DNA of 64,000 nucleotides from Octopus vulgaris. Taxonomy: Eukaryota. Below the pieces are notes generated by a model. That model saw only the letters and a program-made list of their open reading frames with translations, did no database searches and was not told where the DNA came from. The stretch covers positions 141,856,001 through 141,920,000 of the forward strand of contig OX597814.1 in assembly GCA_951406725.2 (NCBI GenBank), in the 5' to 3' direction. The position numbers and the translations under genes are program-made. This document shows, piece after piece, positions 26,777 to 41,710 of the stretch (position 1 is its first letter; each line of letters starts with the position of its first letter).

Positions 26777-27725
26777 TGTGTGTATGTGTATATATATATA
26801 TATATATATATAAACTGTATGTGTATATATATAAACTGTATGTGTATATATATAAACTGTATGTGTATATATATAAACTGTATGTGTATATATATAAACT
26901 GTATGTGTATATATATAAACTGTATGTGTATATATATAAACTGTATGTGTGTATATATAAACTGTATGTGTGTATATATAAATATAAACTGTATGTGTGT
27001 ATATATAAAGACTGTGTGTGTATATGTGTGTGTGTGTGTATATATAAAGACTATATATGTGTGTGTGTGTATATATAAAGACTGTATATGTGTGTGTATA
27101 TATAAAGACTGTATATGTGTGTGTATATATAAAGACTGTATGTGTGTGTATATATAAAGACTGTATATGTGTGTATATATAAAGACTGTGTATATAGACT
27201 GTATGTGTGTGTATATAAAGACTGTATATAGACTGTATGTGTGTGTATATATAAAGACTGTATATATAGACTGTGTGTGTGTGTGTATAAAGACTGTATG
27301 TGTGTGTGTATAAAGACTGTGTGTATATATAAAGGCTGTGTGTGTGTGTGTATAAAGACTGTATGTGTGTGTGTGTGTGTATATATACTCTGTGTGTGTA
27401 TATAAAAACTGTGTGTGTGTGTGTGTATATATAAAGACTGTGTGTCTGTGTGTGTGTGTGTATATATAAAGACTATGTGTGTCTGTGTGTGTGTGTATAT
27501 ATAAAGACTGTGTGTCTGTGTGTGTGTGTGTATATATAAAGACTGTGTGTCTGTGTGTGTGTGTATATATAAAGACTGTGTGTCTGTGTGTGTGTATATA
27601 TAAAGACTATGTGTGTCTGTGTGTGTGTGTATATATAAAGACTATGTGTGTCTGTGTGTGTGTGTGTATATAAAGACTGTGTGTGTGTATATATATATAT
27701 ATATATAAAGACTATATATGTGTGT
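26742..27725. repeat. About 1-kb (TA)/(TG) minisatellite punctuated by AAACTG / AAAGACTG
   Basis: Unit AAACTGTATGTGTATATATAT evolving to AAAGACTGTGTGTCTGTGTG...; directly visible. Confidence 0.97.
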
Positions 27726-28605
27726 AGGAAGTGATCACATTTCTATATACTGCTAGAAAAGCCTTGTTGGTAATGCAGTTTTCTCTTAGAGGATTTAATT
27801 AACTTCAAAGCCAATTATATCATATGTACACACTATACATCTATATTAATAAATCCAATATATGTTCTAATTAGATATTTCATGTCTTCATAAACATCAA
27901 TACACTCAATACAGTGGTTGAATTTAATGATAGCATTTCAATGCTATAACAGCCAACACTTTGCTTTAGAAGGGAGAGAGACTGTTAATAATTTTCCATT
28001 GTTTACAAAGGACACTACCATTGCCAAGGCCTTATTGACATCTAATATTAAAGTTTATATGCTCCAAGTCTTTGCAGCCATTTCATTGTTATTATTGGAA
28101 TTCTGTTTAAGAATATGCTTTGTTATAAGAATGCTGTAGCCATTGAATAGTTATAGTATTGGTTGGTTGTCTGTTTAATATTTCATTTAGCTGTTGAGAA
28201 TCTGGTTTTTGATTCGGTGAATCAGACATTTTAATTATCTTTTATTATACCCTCCTAACAGCTGACCATAATGAATGGCATCAAGAAGAGTATCTAGCTG
28301 TAAATCACTATCCCATCGAACCCATGCCAGTATGGATGGGTCAGGCATAAATTGATGATTGTCTCATAACCATTGTCTAACTTCAATAAGTTAGAATGAC
28401 ATTCTACTCAAAGATAACTGGTTGATTTTTTGTTTTTTGTTTTTGTAAGATAAGAGCCTGTTTGACAAGTGGTTGCAGGCTTGTTGAAGATACATATTCT
28501 ATTGCATTTTATTTCCTATTCTCTAGAATAGTATTATTCCTATCATTAACTCGATCAAGTTCCACTCTTTCCCTTTTATCTATCACTAAGTATCAAACTC
28601 TATTA

Positions 28606-28930
28606 TCTTTTATTTGTTTCTGTCATTCAACTGCGGCCATGCTGGAGTGTGGCCACTTCCTTGAAGGCATTTTGTTGAACAAATCAATCACAGTACTTAT
28701 TCTGTCAGACTCCTTTGCCATACTGCTAAGCTATGGGATGTAAACAAACCAACACTAGTTAAGTGAAGGTTGTGAGGGGAACTCACTCACAATGGGCTTC
28801 CACACAGTGTCTGTCTACCAAATTCACAAGGCATTAGTCAGCTCATAGATAAGGTAGACACTTGCCCAAGGTGCCATACACCTGAAACCACATGGTTGAA
28901 AAAGTTTTTAAAACACACACACACACCCAT
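28606..28930 (-). mobile_element. SINE family A, diverged
   Basis: CTGCGGCCATGCTGGAG...CACTTGCCCAAGGTGCC. Confidence 0.75.
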
Positions 28931-30054
28931 ACCTTCATCTAGGTGTAAAGTCTAATTAAGCTAATTGTTGTTTGTTTATTCAATATTAATATTATAAATC
29001 TTAGAAATATAAATTTAAGAACTAAAGACCTGAACAGAATTCTATTACTAAAAAATTAAATGCTTGATAGTTGTGAGTTTTTAATAAGGCTTTAAGGTGT
29101 TTAACATTTCAGTCCTTTTAAAATGTTTTGATTTTAAAATTTTGATATTAAAATATTAATCTCTATTACAAGTGGTTCTGGTAAAAAAAAAAGAAATAGT
29201 TTTCTCTAGTTTTCTCACTATTATTTCTGTCGTCATTTAACATCAGCTGTCCATACTGGCATGGGTTGGGCAGTTTGACCAGGGCCAGCAAGCTCCAGTC
29301 TGATTTGGCATGTTTTCTATGACTAGATGTCCTTCCTAATGCTGATCACCTTACAGTGTGTTGGGTGCTTTAATGTGGCACTGCCATGAGTGCTTTACAT
29401 CACCAGCTGGATTGGTCTTAACACTCCTGCTGTGGAATGCTTGTCTTGAGTACTGCAAGGTGCCAAGCATCCCAGTCCTTTGACATCTCACCTGAAAGGT
29501 TTGGCCTCTTGAGATTGTTCTTCAGTACTTCATCTCATGTCTTCCTGGCTCTCCTATTTCCACGTGTTCCATCCATTTTAAGAGATTGCCACTTAATATG
29601 CAATTATAAACAATGACTCTTTGACAAGTTTTCTTTTGTGAAGTTAAACTTGTAAGCAACTTTTATTGTCAGCACTTTCTCCAAGCATATATGATCAATT
29701 CCGTATATGTCCAACTATATAGTTTTCCTTGCATGCATCATTGCCATGTTTACTGAGATGCTCTCACAGCCTGCACACATTCTTACTGGGAAAAAAAAAC
29801 CTGACTGTAATTTAGAGAATGGTATTTCCCAGTATTTGAAGAACTTCAGAGAAAGTGTTTACATAATGGTAAAATCAGAAGGTTTTGAAATGCAGTCTCT
29901 TGATTGACATGCTATTTTGCATGGCTATCCAATATTAATTTTCGGTCTTTAAATTGTAGTCATACTATATTGGTTAGTTAATTAGATCAAAAGAATGCTA
30001 ATTTGAAAATAGCTATTTTGAAATCAATATGAAGTGGTACTTACCAAGAGTTGC

Positions 30055-30055
<1 letters not shown>

Positions 30056-30141
<86 letters not shown>
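30056..30141. repeat. (TA)n(CA)n microsatellite
   Basis: Directly visible. Confidence 0.95.
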
Positions 30142-30143
<2 letters not shown>

Positions 30144-33100
30144 TGCACTTCAATCTATGAACACCAATAATACTTGTTGAGTGATGACTATTTTTGATAC
30201 CAAATATTGAAACTTATGATCAGAAACATGCTTATGTTTTTTAAGTGTATTTCATTATTTTAATGTACTTGCTTTTCATCTCATATGAGAAATATGCTTC
30301 ATATTTGTGTTAGAATATTCATTATCTGTGTATAATTTTGACCTAATCTGCTGTATCTTTTAGATAAGCAAAATTCAGCTTATGTCAACATGAAAAAAGA
30401 AATTAATTTGTTTGCAGTTGTTAAAGTAATAAATAAATTTTATTGATTTGAATAAAATAAAGCAAAGTTTGGGTGAGGGTGAATGGTTGGTTGGTAAATT
30501 TGTCAAGACCTAAACTTTGAACAATGTCAACATGTTAGCAGAGAAGAGCTAAAGTGTAAAGCAAATACATAAAATGTAAAGAAAATTAGCTGTAGAAAGT
30601 CAGAGCTAATTATTGATTTTTCCATTAATGCCCTCCTTTTGCAATATTTTAACTGATAAAAATTCTATGCATTATGTTACTGAAACTGAACAACCAAAAT
30701 TTGATTGATACACTTTTGTAGCAAGTTCAAATATTTGAATACAGCATTTAGCATGTGAATGAAGAGGAAAGTCTTCTTTGATACTTTATTATTGATGAAA
30801 GTTCAATAATTTGTGCTGACTATATTTCTACCTGATGTATAACCAATTTATTGACGTGTGTGTGATTACTTTAAATAAGTTGCAGAATGACTGATTTCTT
30901 CAATTATTTTACACTTGATATTTCAGGTATAGGGGCAATTACTTTAAACTAGTAGGTTTCCATTGTGCTGGCTCTGACCTGATTTCTATTCTTTGATGTA
31001 TCTTTTGTATTCCACTTACATAGGTAATTCTCTCAAGAATAGCATAACTAGTAGTTTCATTTCCTTTTGCCTACAAACTGGAAACCTTACAATTTTGTAA
31101 GAAACCAATATTCTGGATATGAGAATAGATATTGCTGAAATATGAGAAATGGACTGATTGTTCTATCATATCTAACTTGGGGTTTCTGCTGACCTAAGTT
31201 TCAGTTCCTTCAAGGTCAACTTTGCATTATATTTTATGGGGTGGGGTGGGGACGTTAAGAGCTAATAATATGCTGGAGTCAATTACATTGGCCAAAACTC
31301 TTCTGTCAGATAAAAAAAAGTTTTTATTCTTAAACAAAGGAAATCAATATCATATTGCAATTTGAAAGGCTATTGGAATTGACAGAAACAATATAGCTGT
31401 CTAGTGTCTTGCTCAAACATCAGAAAATTTTAAAATCAGAATCAAAGCTTACTTTGGCATAGTGAAAATATATATACTTGTTTAAATCAATAGAGATACG
31501 GAGATAGTAAGTTTACTATATAATATTTACAGCATCTAGTTAGACACATTAACAGTTTTACTCTAAATTCTGTCTATGGGAGTTGTTTGTTTTTGTTTTT
31601 TTTACCTATCCATTACTGTTTTCAAATACCAGTAATATACTGAGATTAAATAGTTTCATTCAAAAAAATGGACAACTTCTTTAATAGAAATCTGTGTCGG
31701 ATATGTCTATGAAGTCATTGTCAAATGTTCGTCAGTTTTAGTGCCAGGTTTTTATATTTGCATGAGTTGAACAGAACTAGTTAGGCAATAGAAAATATGA
31801 TTTCCTGATAAGTTAATATTTCCCCATTGCTAGATGTTTTTTTTTTTATGGAAGACTAGGAATGAATGATCACTTGGATGGCAGTAACATTCATTTACAA
31901 CCATCATATGATGTCAAGGCAAGGAGAAAAACAAACATACATGCACACGCACATGATGGGCTTCTTTGAGTTTCCATCAACCAACTTCACTCATAAGGCT
32001 TCAGTTGATGCAATATTTGTCAATGGCTGTGTGGTTAAGAAGCTTGCTACTCGATCACATGGTCATGAGTTCAATCTTCATTGTCAAACATTAAATCGAT
32101 TTGTTTCATTTATTTGGAGAGGTATTGTGTACTGCATTTTGTTTGCCAACATCTACTTCTTGCTGGGTTGGGATTATTATCAATACTGTATAGTTGGTTC
32201 AATATAATATAGTCTTGTTTTAAAAAAAAAATAATTTATTTTTGCTACTGGTACATAGATATTTTAGCTTTTTCTGTCTCTTGGAAATTTCTAAAAGAAA
32301 TTGTTTTTTGGACACATTTTGCTTAGAAATTTGTATAATACTTTCAGTGGCTATGGTTATCTAGGTAGTTGGAAAATGTCATCTTGCCAAGGGTCCTCTA
32401 ATTCACATAGTTTTATATTTGATAGCCATCTTTAATAAAACCTGAAAGAAATTAGTTCATCTTAAGTATCTCATTCCTGGTCATTCTAACAGGAAATTAT
32501 ACTTATAATTCCAGATATTTCAGATAGATGTCTTATTTTTCTAAGCGTTAATGTTTCTCTCGATCTTAAACTGATATGCTTATTTTGTGGTAAATGTGGC
32601 CACATTAACACAAATTCTGAGTCAACAACCTGTAACAAACTCTTGATTCTCAGTTGAGGCTATTGTTCCATTTATGTTCCTAATTCCTTTGGAAAAGATG
32701 TGAACATTACTGCTTACCTAACATTCTCCTCTATAGAGCAGATGTTTATTGTAAGAAGGCAATGATTTGCATTGTCAATTGCCTAATCAAACTTTATAGC
32801 GAATGAATCTAAGAGATCTCTTTAAGAGTTCCTACATGGCAAATAGACCTGATTTCTGTTTTGTTTTGTGAGAAATTCTTTCACTTGCAGGAACTACCCT
32901 ACGTCTATTGATTCTTATCTGATGTGGATTGTATTATATAATCCATAATCACGGTAAAAGCTTAGTGTTTGCTGAAGTTTCTTGATCATCTGACCATCTT
33001 CATCCTCAGCTTGTTATAAACAAAATTGTACATTCTTATTTTTGTCCTGTATTCATTCCAAATTAGCTGTCTGCTTACTTCATACCTTTATTTTTGGAAC

Positions 33101-34903
33101 ACCTGCCAGTATTTTCATATTCTTTCTCATTAGTTTTTTTTTTCTCTTTGCTTTTATTGAAGCGAACTATTTGAAATATTCTTAATGTTACTAATGTTAC
33201 GAATTTAGTATATATTTCTGATTTCTATTTTAAACATTTACTTCTTTCACATAGATCTTATTTTAGACTATATCTGCACTGAAAATTAAACTAAAAAGTT
33301 GTATAGAAGAAAGCTACAAAAGCAATTTCGTCTTTGGGAATGTAATCTCATTGAGTGTGCGTGTATGCATCTAATGCACACACATATATATATTTATATA
33401 GCTATATAGCTCACTTGTGTTCTTTTGGGATTAGAACATCAGCTAATAGAATGCTTTTATTAGAAACAACTGAAATAAAATAGCCAGAAATGAACACAGG
33501 ATTCACACCTAAACTTCTCTGAATTTTCTTTCATGCTAATCTAACATCATGGCTGATTAAGATGGTCTTAATGTAAAAGTATGCTTATTTTTGTTTGCAT
33601 CTTCAATTTGTATTTTTTATTTTTGTTACAAGCCATTAAATCCTAGTTAATTTCTCACATTTTTTATTTTTATTTTTCATCTGTTTCTAGAAGGTAATTA
33701 TCTTACAGTTCTGTTATTAGCTACTTATTTTCAAGCAAGGCTTTTTTAAATTTACTCATTTTATAGATGTCTTTTTTTATCTCTTTATTTGTTCATTTAT
33801 TTTTCAGTTCCTTCACAAGCAAAGAACTCTCAAGCATTTTATTTACTTTGCTTTCTAAGCTTTTCATAGCAGTAGCAGTAGATTTTCCTCAATTTTGTAG
33901 CATGACCATTTGTTCACATTTTATATTTCTCTTTGTTCTGATTTCATCAATAGTTATTCATGGTCATGTACTTGTATCAATGATGAAAAGCTTACGTGTA
34001 TGAAATAGTTTTGTTTTGGTGTTTTAGATTCAAGCCTGTGCTTAATAGGATCTTCTTACTGTCTTAACCCACATATACCCCTGGTTGCGTTTTCACAATG
34101 CAAAACCTGCTCCTACTTGTTTGGACATGAACTCGCCAGCAAGCATCTGACTGAACATATGAAATAGCTAACAGTTGCATACTGTCCTTCTCTTCCAAAT
34201 TGTCAAAGCCTACCATAACGTTTAATCTAAATACAGTGAAATTTTAAGATTTTATTTCATGGGCATATATGGGTTAATAACTAAAATATCTTGCTCAAAC
34301 TAATAGAAACATTAGGAGGTATCAACCACATCATATATTCCTTGACTGATGCTAAAATATAGGAAAAGAAGCCTGAATTAAAAAGAAATACCAATATAGT
34401 TTGATATCAGTGGCCTCATTAATTCTAGACTGATTTGTCTCTCCCATTAAATCCAACTTTATATTCACTCTTTATCTCTAGTTCTCAGCCGTTACCCTTC
34501 ACCTTTTTCTCTTCAATTTTTCTTTTCCAAGTTCTACTTTGAAATTTTTTTTCCCCAAGTAAAGAACCCAGCTTTTTTATTCCATTATCTTGAAATATAA
34601 TTGTCTTTGACATATTTATGTTGACTAAAATATTGTTAAAGACATGAAATAAATTTGGCTTGAAAAATTAATTCTATTTCCATTTGAGTTTCTGCTTCAG
34701 TTTTTCAAAATATTCCTGCTGCAACAGCAAAGTTTAAATTTCTACACTTACCCAAATTGCCCCAGTTAAGATTTTAAGTTTGCAAGAAAATATGTTGACC
34801 TTCAATGTTTAAAATGTATCTTCATATTTTATATCTTGACAAATCTGTTACATTCTTTCAACAAAATATTTTCTATTATATTTCATTTCTTTAAAATTTC
34901 CAG

Positions 34904-34995
34904 TATTCCTTGGTGGTTCTTGTAATCCGACAACTTGGCGTTCTGATTGTGCTGTCCCATATTTAGAAAAACAAGGTATCAGCTATTTCAACCCG
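34904..34995 (+). CDS. raw: raw-like exon C (VFLGGSCNPTTWRSDCAVPYLEKQGISYFNP)
   Basis: Acceptor ATTTCCAG, donor CCG|GTAGGT; 92 nt; hallmark Raw-repeat / NDT-like N-terminal motif. Confidence 0.93.
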
Positions 34996-35300
34996 GTAGG
35001 TAACATTAGACTGTTTTGTTTCACTATTCTTCTCATTTTGGCTCTGTCCATTGATGTTGGTAGGTAATCTGCAGTTAATACAGCTACAAGTAACCAACCG
35101 GATGAATGAGATTATCATCTGGCCACTTCAAAGTAGATCTGATGACTTGGTTTTGTTTCTTAGTATGAACTTTATTGCATCAACAGGCTGAATAGAATTA
35201 ATGGTCTGTTTATTTACTGTTTATAACTGTTAACTAGTTCTTCTATAAGGAAAGGGTTTCTTGAACAATAAAATAATTATTGCATCCAACCAACAGTTAA

Positions 35301-35870
35301 CCCTTTAGCATTTAGATTACTCTGTAAAATGTAATTCTAATTTATTCACAGTGGTTTGAACTGTGCATTATCATAGATGTAGGCATGGCTGTGTGGTAAG
35401 AAGCTTGCTTCCCAACCACATGGTTCTGGGTTCAGTACCTCTGAATGACACCTTGGGCAAATGTCTTCTAAGCCTCAGGCCAACCAAAGCCTTGTGAGTA
35501 GATTTGGCAGACAGAAACTGAAAGAAGCCCATCATATGTAGATATTTGTGTGTCTGTTTGTCCCCCACCCCCATCACTTGACAACCAATGTTGGTGTGTT
35601 TATGTCCCTGTGATTTAGCAGTTCGGCAAAGGAGACTGATAGAATAAGTACTAGGCTTACAAAAAATAAGTCCTGGGGTCGATTTGTTTGACTGAAGGCA
35701 GTACTCCAGCATGACCACATTCAAATGACTGAAACAAAAGAATATCATGTGGCTTTGAGAATTCAATGTGACTTAATTTTTTTTTAGAATGGCATTGTAT
35801 GGTAGGTGTGAAAGGCCAAATTGATCTAGTTTGAACATAAAACAGAATATTTTGGCTGGATATTGCTAGG
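35301..35870. mobile_element. piggyBac-type MITE interrupted by a SINE A
   Basis: TTAA|CCCTTTAGCA ... GCTAGG|TTAA; flanks resemble the reverse complement of 61809-62322. Confidence 0.6.
35375..35743 (+). mobile_element. SINE family A
   Basis: GGCATGGCTGTGTGGTAAG...GGGTTCAGTACC...ATGACTGAAACAAAAG; possible TSD TATCAT. Confidence 0.88.
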
Positions 35871-36214
35871 TTAAGAAAGAAATACCCAAAACCTGTAAAA
35901 GAAAAACTGTATTTTTATGAACCACAGAAACCTTTATTTTGAAAACTCAACTGAACCTTAAGGGAAGGATTAGAATTGGGAACTTGTCACCTATTATTCT
36001 CACTGGAATTATTTTTTTGGCTTCTGCTTAAACTTCCAATAACAGCTTTTCAGGTTTTTAATGATATCTGATATTTTTGCATTGAAAGTAGTAAAGACTG
36101 TTCTATTAGTTGTTGGTGTCTAAATAAATAGTATTGCACAAAAAAAGAAAATTGGTTCACCCAGTTGTAAGCTAAATTGAAGCTGTTAAAAGCAAAGCAA
36201 CAATATATGACTAA

Positions 36215-36390
36215 AATTTTTAATGTGTATAAGGAACCCTCGTGTACAAGGAACCCCCTAATTTTTGGGGCTTAAAATTTGGAAAAAGGTTTTGTAAAGG
36301 ATTATGATACTATCCATGTATAAGAAACTCCTATACTTCTTTATCCTAATTTTTGACAAAAAAGGGTTCCTCATACACATTAAAATATGG
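36215..36390. mobile_element. Tc1/mariner-type MITE
   Basis: Inverted ends TTTTAATGTGTATAAGGAACCC / GGGTTCCTCATACACATTAAAATATGG|TA. Confidence 0.6.
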
Positions 36391-37732
36391 TATATATGTT
36401 AGACATATAATCCATAATTTATTGGCGGACTTATTACAGACGAAAAAATGTCTTTGAGTAAGAAATTCTATTTCATTTCTAAGTTGGTTTCAATTTTGTA
36501 AAATATTCCCCTTCTGAGAACAAATTACAATTGCTAAATTTTTAAAACCATCAATTGTCTCTTATAAAATACCAAGACCGGAATCTTATACAACCTCTTG
36601 AAATAGTTATAATAATTCTTTCTTCTGTAGGCATATAGCTTGGAATTTTGGGGAGAGGGCTAGTTGATCATATCTACCCTAGTGCTCTGCTGTTATTTTA
36701 TTGACCCCAAAATGATGAAAGGCAAAGTTGACCTGAGCAGAGTTTGAACTCAGAATGTAATCAGTCAGAAATCTGACAAAGCATTTTTCCCTGCATGCTG
36801 ATGATTCTGCCCACTTGCCACTTTCAATGATTTAAAATTTTGGCACAAGGCCAGCTTCTTCAAAGGAGTGGGTAATTCAATTACATCAATTCCCCAGTTT
36901 ACAGCTGGTACTTAATTTATCAACCTCAGAATGGAATGCAAATTCAAGTTCAACAGAATTTGAACCCATCTATGTGAAATGTCAGAACTGTTGCCAAGCA
37001 GTCATAATTCTACCAGCTTGCTACCTTTGTTATAATAATAATTATTATTATGACAATAATAATAATACTTCATGAAGATCATTAACATTTAACTTTTGCT
37101 TAGAGGCAATTGTTAATGTATTTCTAGCACATTGTTAATTTCATAGTTGGTGCTTCTGCTTCTCCATTCTCTGCATTAGTTTCTCCCCCTCCCCCACCCA
37201 ATAACATTTTGTTGTAAATGTTAGATTTAATATGATAATCCAACAACCACACAAAGAAAAAAAAACAAAATCTTCAAAGTAAAAGTTGTTGGCTGTGTAC
37301 AGTGAACTCTGGAAATTTCTATTTGATTAAATATCATTCCATTCAATATCTAAATAGTAAATGGGAAAATGGACAGATGATGATATAACAGATACGTGGA
37401 AATACTGAAGCATTGTTATAGAAATATAAGCAAAGAGTGGGGAAAAAAGAAAAAAACTATTCATTTCTTGATTAGGTCTTGTTAAAGCCAGTGTTGAATA
37501 CGTTTTTGTAGTAGTTTTCCTCTTTGAATTAACTTGGTCGACAACAATGTCTTTTCCTGTCGCATTGTTTTCAACAGTCTTCAGTCAGTTTTTCTTATAC
37601 TCTTCTCAGGAAGGAACAAGCCTGAATCTGAAGAAAAAATAATAGCAATTGAATTTCCTTAAAAACATTTATTCTGTATTCTATGATAATTAGTTTAGAG
37701 CAAGCTGAGATATTTATTACAATTATCTATAT

Positions 37733-38085
37733 AGGTGCTGACATGGCTGTGCAGTTAAGCTTGCTTTGCATCTACTGGGTTTTGGGTTCAGACCCACTGT
37801 GCAGCATCTTGGATTTTTATCTGCTACTATACCATGGGTCAAACGATGCCTTGTGAATGAATTTAGTAGACAGTGTGGGAGCCTGTATGTGTGTGTGTGT
37901 GTGTGGTTGTCCCCCACTACTGCTTGACAACCTGTGTTGGTTTGTTTACATCCCATAACTAAGCAGTTTGGCAAAAGAGACTGTTAGAATAAGTACCAGA
38001 CTTAAGTACTGGTGTCGATTTGTTCAACTAAACTGTCAGTGTCCCAGCATGGCCACAGTCTGATGACTGAAACAAGTAAAAGATA
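37733..38085 (+). mobile_element. SINE family A, diverged
   Basis: Collinear with 35375-35743. Confidence 0.82.
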
Positions 38086-40190
38086 AATTACATTTAAACT
38101 ACATATTTAATATCAGTTTGTTTTTTTTATTAATTAGCAGTCATAGTATTTTAATCGTTGTAATTTCCTTTTGGAGTTGGTATATCATTGAAAAAAAAAA
38201 AAAAGACCTTAGCTTTCTTTTCAGTTTTAAAATGAAACTTTATAATTACATAATCTCGAGGTCTTAGAAAACAAACATTTTAATAAACCTGTTTACAGAA
38301 TTTGTGAAGTTGATTTTGATGCTGGAGTGAGCTATTTGTCTGGATGCCTTTAAATTTAATAATCTTGTAAATTTTCCACTCCAAGAGGCCTATCATTTAA
38401 ACTTTGACAGGAAGTGCAATTTTTTGTTTGTTAAAATTTATAAAACAAAGAAAACTAAGTTGAATATCATACGAAGTTAATACATTGTTTTTCTCTAAAC
38501 ACTTGACTTACGTGAGCCAGCTGAACTTCTAACAAATTTTTTTTTCTACTTCTCCTGTCATTGCCTTCTTCTGCTTTTCCTAATCTCATTGTCTTCTGCT
38601 TCACATTTCTCCAAATATTTGTATTTTATTTTGTTCATCTCTCTGGAAATGTTGTCATTCATTTAAAGTTCACTCTTTCTTTATTGACATTTTCTCTTCA
38701 CTGAATCATTATTACTGGTGAAATGTTGATACACTTTGATTACTTCCTAGAATGTCATTCTGAAAGTAAAAGAGATAAAAATAACTTTTTCTTTTTTAAT
38801 TCTAAATATTCTCAGATAATCATGTTTTATTCCAAATAATTTTTACATAAGTCTTTCTGCAAAATACGTATTCATTTTATTGACAAATATTACTTAAGTT
38901 TGAGCAACCAGACAAAGTTTAAGTCATAATCATTTGAATATCTGTTTTCCATGTTGGCAGAGCTCTGGATGGATATTCAATACATACCATTTGTATTGAT
39001 CTAGTGTTCTCATTAACAGTGCACAATATTCTGAAATTTAAGATTATTTCCTTCTATATTTTTATCTTTATTGGTTTTCCTTCTTGAATACTTCTCCCTG
39101 TCAGTATGTGTATCTATCTATGTATGTGTGTGTAATATCTATCTATATATATATATATATTGTCTTTGTTAGTTTTTGCTATCCAGCAGGTTGCTTATAT
39201 TTTCGTATGTCAACAATTAGTGCAGCATCTTCTCTTGCTTATATTGCATTATTTGCCCTTAATGTGCAACTACCTTTTCTGATGGATGAAGATGGACATT
39301 GGCCATTTTCCATAATATTAGCAAGGTATACTTCTTCGATATTCTAAATTTTTGGATTTAGTTTTAGATAGATATTTTATTTTCTGTCTTGCTAGCTACT
39401 CAGCAACATCACTGGTGCTGATGGCTTGAAAAGAACCTAGTATTCTCTGTAAAGTGTTTAGCATAAGGAAGGGCATCCAGCCATTGAAATCCTGCCAAAG
39501 CTGTCACTGGAGCTCACTGGATATTGTCAAACAATCAAACCTACGACAGCATGGTAAAACAGACATCAAATGATTTTTAATATTGCTTTGTCAACTAGAC
39601 TGTCTTAGCAGCATTGTATGAATAGCTAGTTTGAAAAATGTTTCCATAGAAATGGTATTTTACAATTTAGAATATATTTTCTTTTTTATACTAATTCTAA
39701 GCAGATTTGTTGATATTTGAAAATTTTCAACAACTCTGATAAATTCTCTATAAAACTCCTTACACTGTTTTGATATTTCTGTTCTGTGAGTGTTGCTCTA
39801 ATAGCTGTATTAATACTCTTTGGAATGGCATAAAACCACAAATTCCTTTTTTTTTCTTTCTCTACAAATATTTCTCGTGTGAAGTTTTAGCATTTGGGTC
39901 ACTTTTAGCTGGAAGTGTCTGGTTACTTTATTTTTCTGCTTCAAATATATTCTACCCAAAGATAGGTGAATTCCCTGCCCTTTGTAAATTATTCTGTTTA
40001 TTTAGTAATCTTGTTTGTTAATCTTATTGTTATTAAAGAGTTGTATGCTTTCTATGTTATTGCCAACCCTTTTTAATGACTTGGATGAACAGATACTGGT
40101 TTTATATCAAAATTGTATCTTTTTTTTCATCTTTAAATATTGTACAAATTTTCAATTCCTTATCCTTTTCCCCACCAAACTGATTAAGTA

Positions 40191-41710
40191 CTGTAATAAC
40201 CCATGTAATTTACGCACTTTTTAGCAGAAACAAAAATTTTAGGGGGTGTGTAAATTACATGAGTAGATTGTTTCCAGAACTTTTTTTAGAATTTTTGTTG
40301 AAAAATGACGTACAAATGTAAACACTCATATGGGAAGTTGACTCATTTAATGTCAGAATAGATTTTTACAGAAAAAATGAGGTTGACTTTTATTTATGCT
40401 GGACAGTATGCTTACTTTTTCTGTATAAATTTACTAAAACCATTAAAGGGTTAATTACTTTTTGAAGTTTGGCATTCATTCTGGTAATCATGGTCTGGGC
40501 CATATTTTACATTGCTTGGAGTTTCTACCTATCACAATGAAGCTCAGCAATTTCCTTAAATAGATCAGTTTTTCTCTGCTTAAGAAGTCTTGTGTTTACC
40601 TCCAGAAAGCTATTGGTCACTTTCTCCACGTTAGGACAATGAAATTCATCACTGCTACTAGCCCTTACTGCACCTAACAACATAATTCATCCTTGTGCTT
40701 GTAAACTCACTAAGTGAATATATGACTTAGCATTCCTACAGCAACCTTCATTTACCTTATACGATGTTTAATGTCGTTTCACATTCATGTTGAATTATAC
40801 AGCAATCTTATATTTTCTTCATAGAACACTTGTGATGTATGTATTATCAGTTCTTTTGGTATAGTAGATTTTTGCTATTCTTGTTTAGGTCTCCTCACAG
40901 ACTTGTATATTCTAACAAGTTGCTTCTTAAATTTCGCACCTCTTTTGTTCGGTAAACAGTGAGGTAAACTTGCAAAGCTGTTTATTTTCTCCTTTCAATT
41001 TTTAATGCTTATTTTAGCAGGTTACCAAACTATCAGTTTGGTTTCCTGGCTAAAATGGTAATGACAAATTTTAAAGTTTGCTTGACATTTTATAAGTGTG
41101 AAAGTGATTAAAATTTCGATACTGTTTCAAAGGTTCCGACAAGAATAGGCAAAAAATCTGAGCTTGAGACAAGAAGACACTTTCAAGCAATCAGAATTCT
41201 GTTTACATAATCAGTTTGATTGGTCACCTTCCTCTGTTGGTTGAGTAAAGTGTCATCCAAGCTGATGTTTATTGGCAATTAAACTTAATTTGCAACACTA
41301 GTGTGTATTTACCAACTTTGTTTTTGTTAAGAATTATCAACCACTTTTCCTGTGATTGTGATTTGAAAAGACATACAGAAGTATGCTAAAGATCAGACAT
41401 AATCTCTTGTGGGCAAGAAATGTAAAATAAAGTTTATTATAAACACAAACACTTTTTAATTTAATAGCTTTCAATGTGATACCTGTTAAACAGAAGTTAT
41501 TTTTATTTAATGAAAATTTAATAAAATCTAATAAGTGAAATTATGCTAAATACAACTAAATTAAAAACCTTTTCCCCTTGGCCATATTGGCAATTTTGAA
41601 AACTTTTGGGTGCGAATTTTACATGAGTAGAAGCTTTTTTTTAACAATTTTTATCCTGAAAGTCACCTGCGTAAATTACACAGGTGCACAAATTACATGG
41701 GTTTTTACAA
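40191..41710 (-). mobile_element. Decayed pogo/Tigger-like DNA transposon (about 1.5 kb)
   Basis: TA|CTGTAATAACCCATGTAATTT ... AAATTACATGGGTTTTTACAA|TA; subterminal GTAAATTACA repeats; decayed transposase N-terminal (HTH)-like coding remnant on - strand at about 40480-40990. Confidence 0.7.

Noticed and set aside
35371-35766. 131-aa ORF and similar 'RRHLPKV...GTEP.TMW' ORFs (5217, 16125, 37723, 57794)
   Set aside because: Antisense readings of SINE family A, not proteins.
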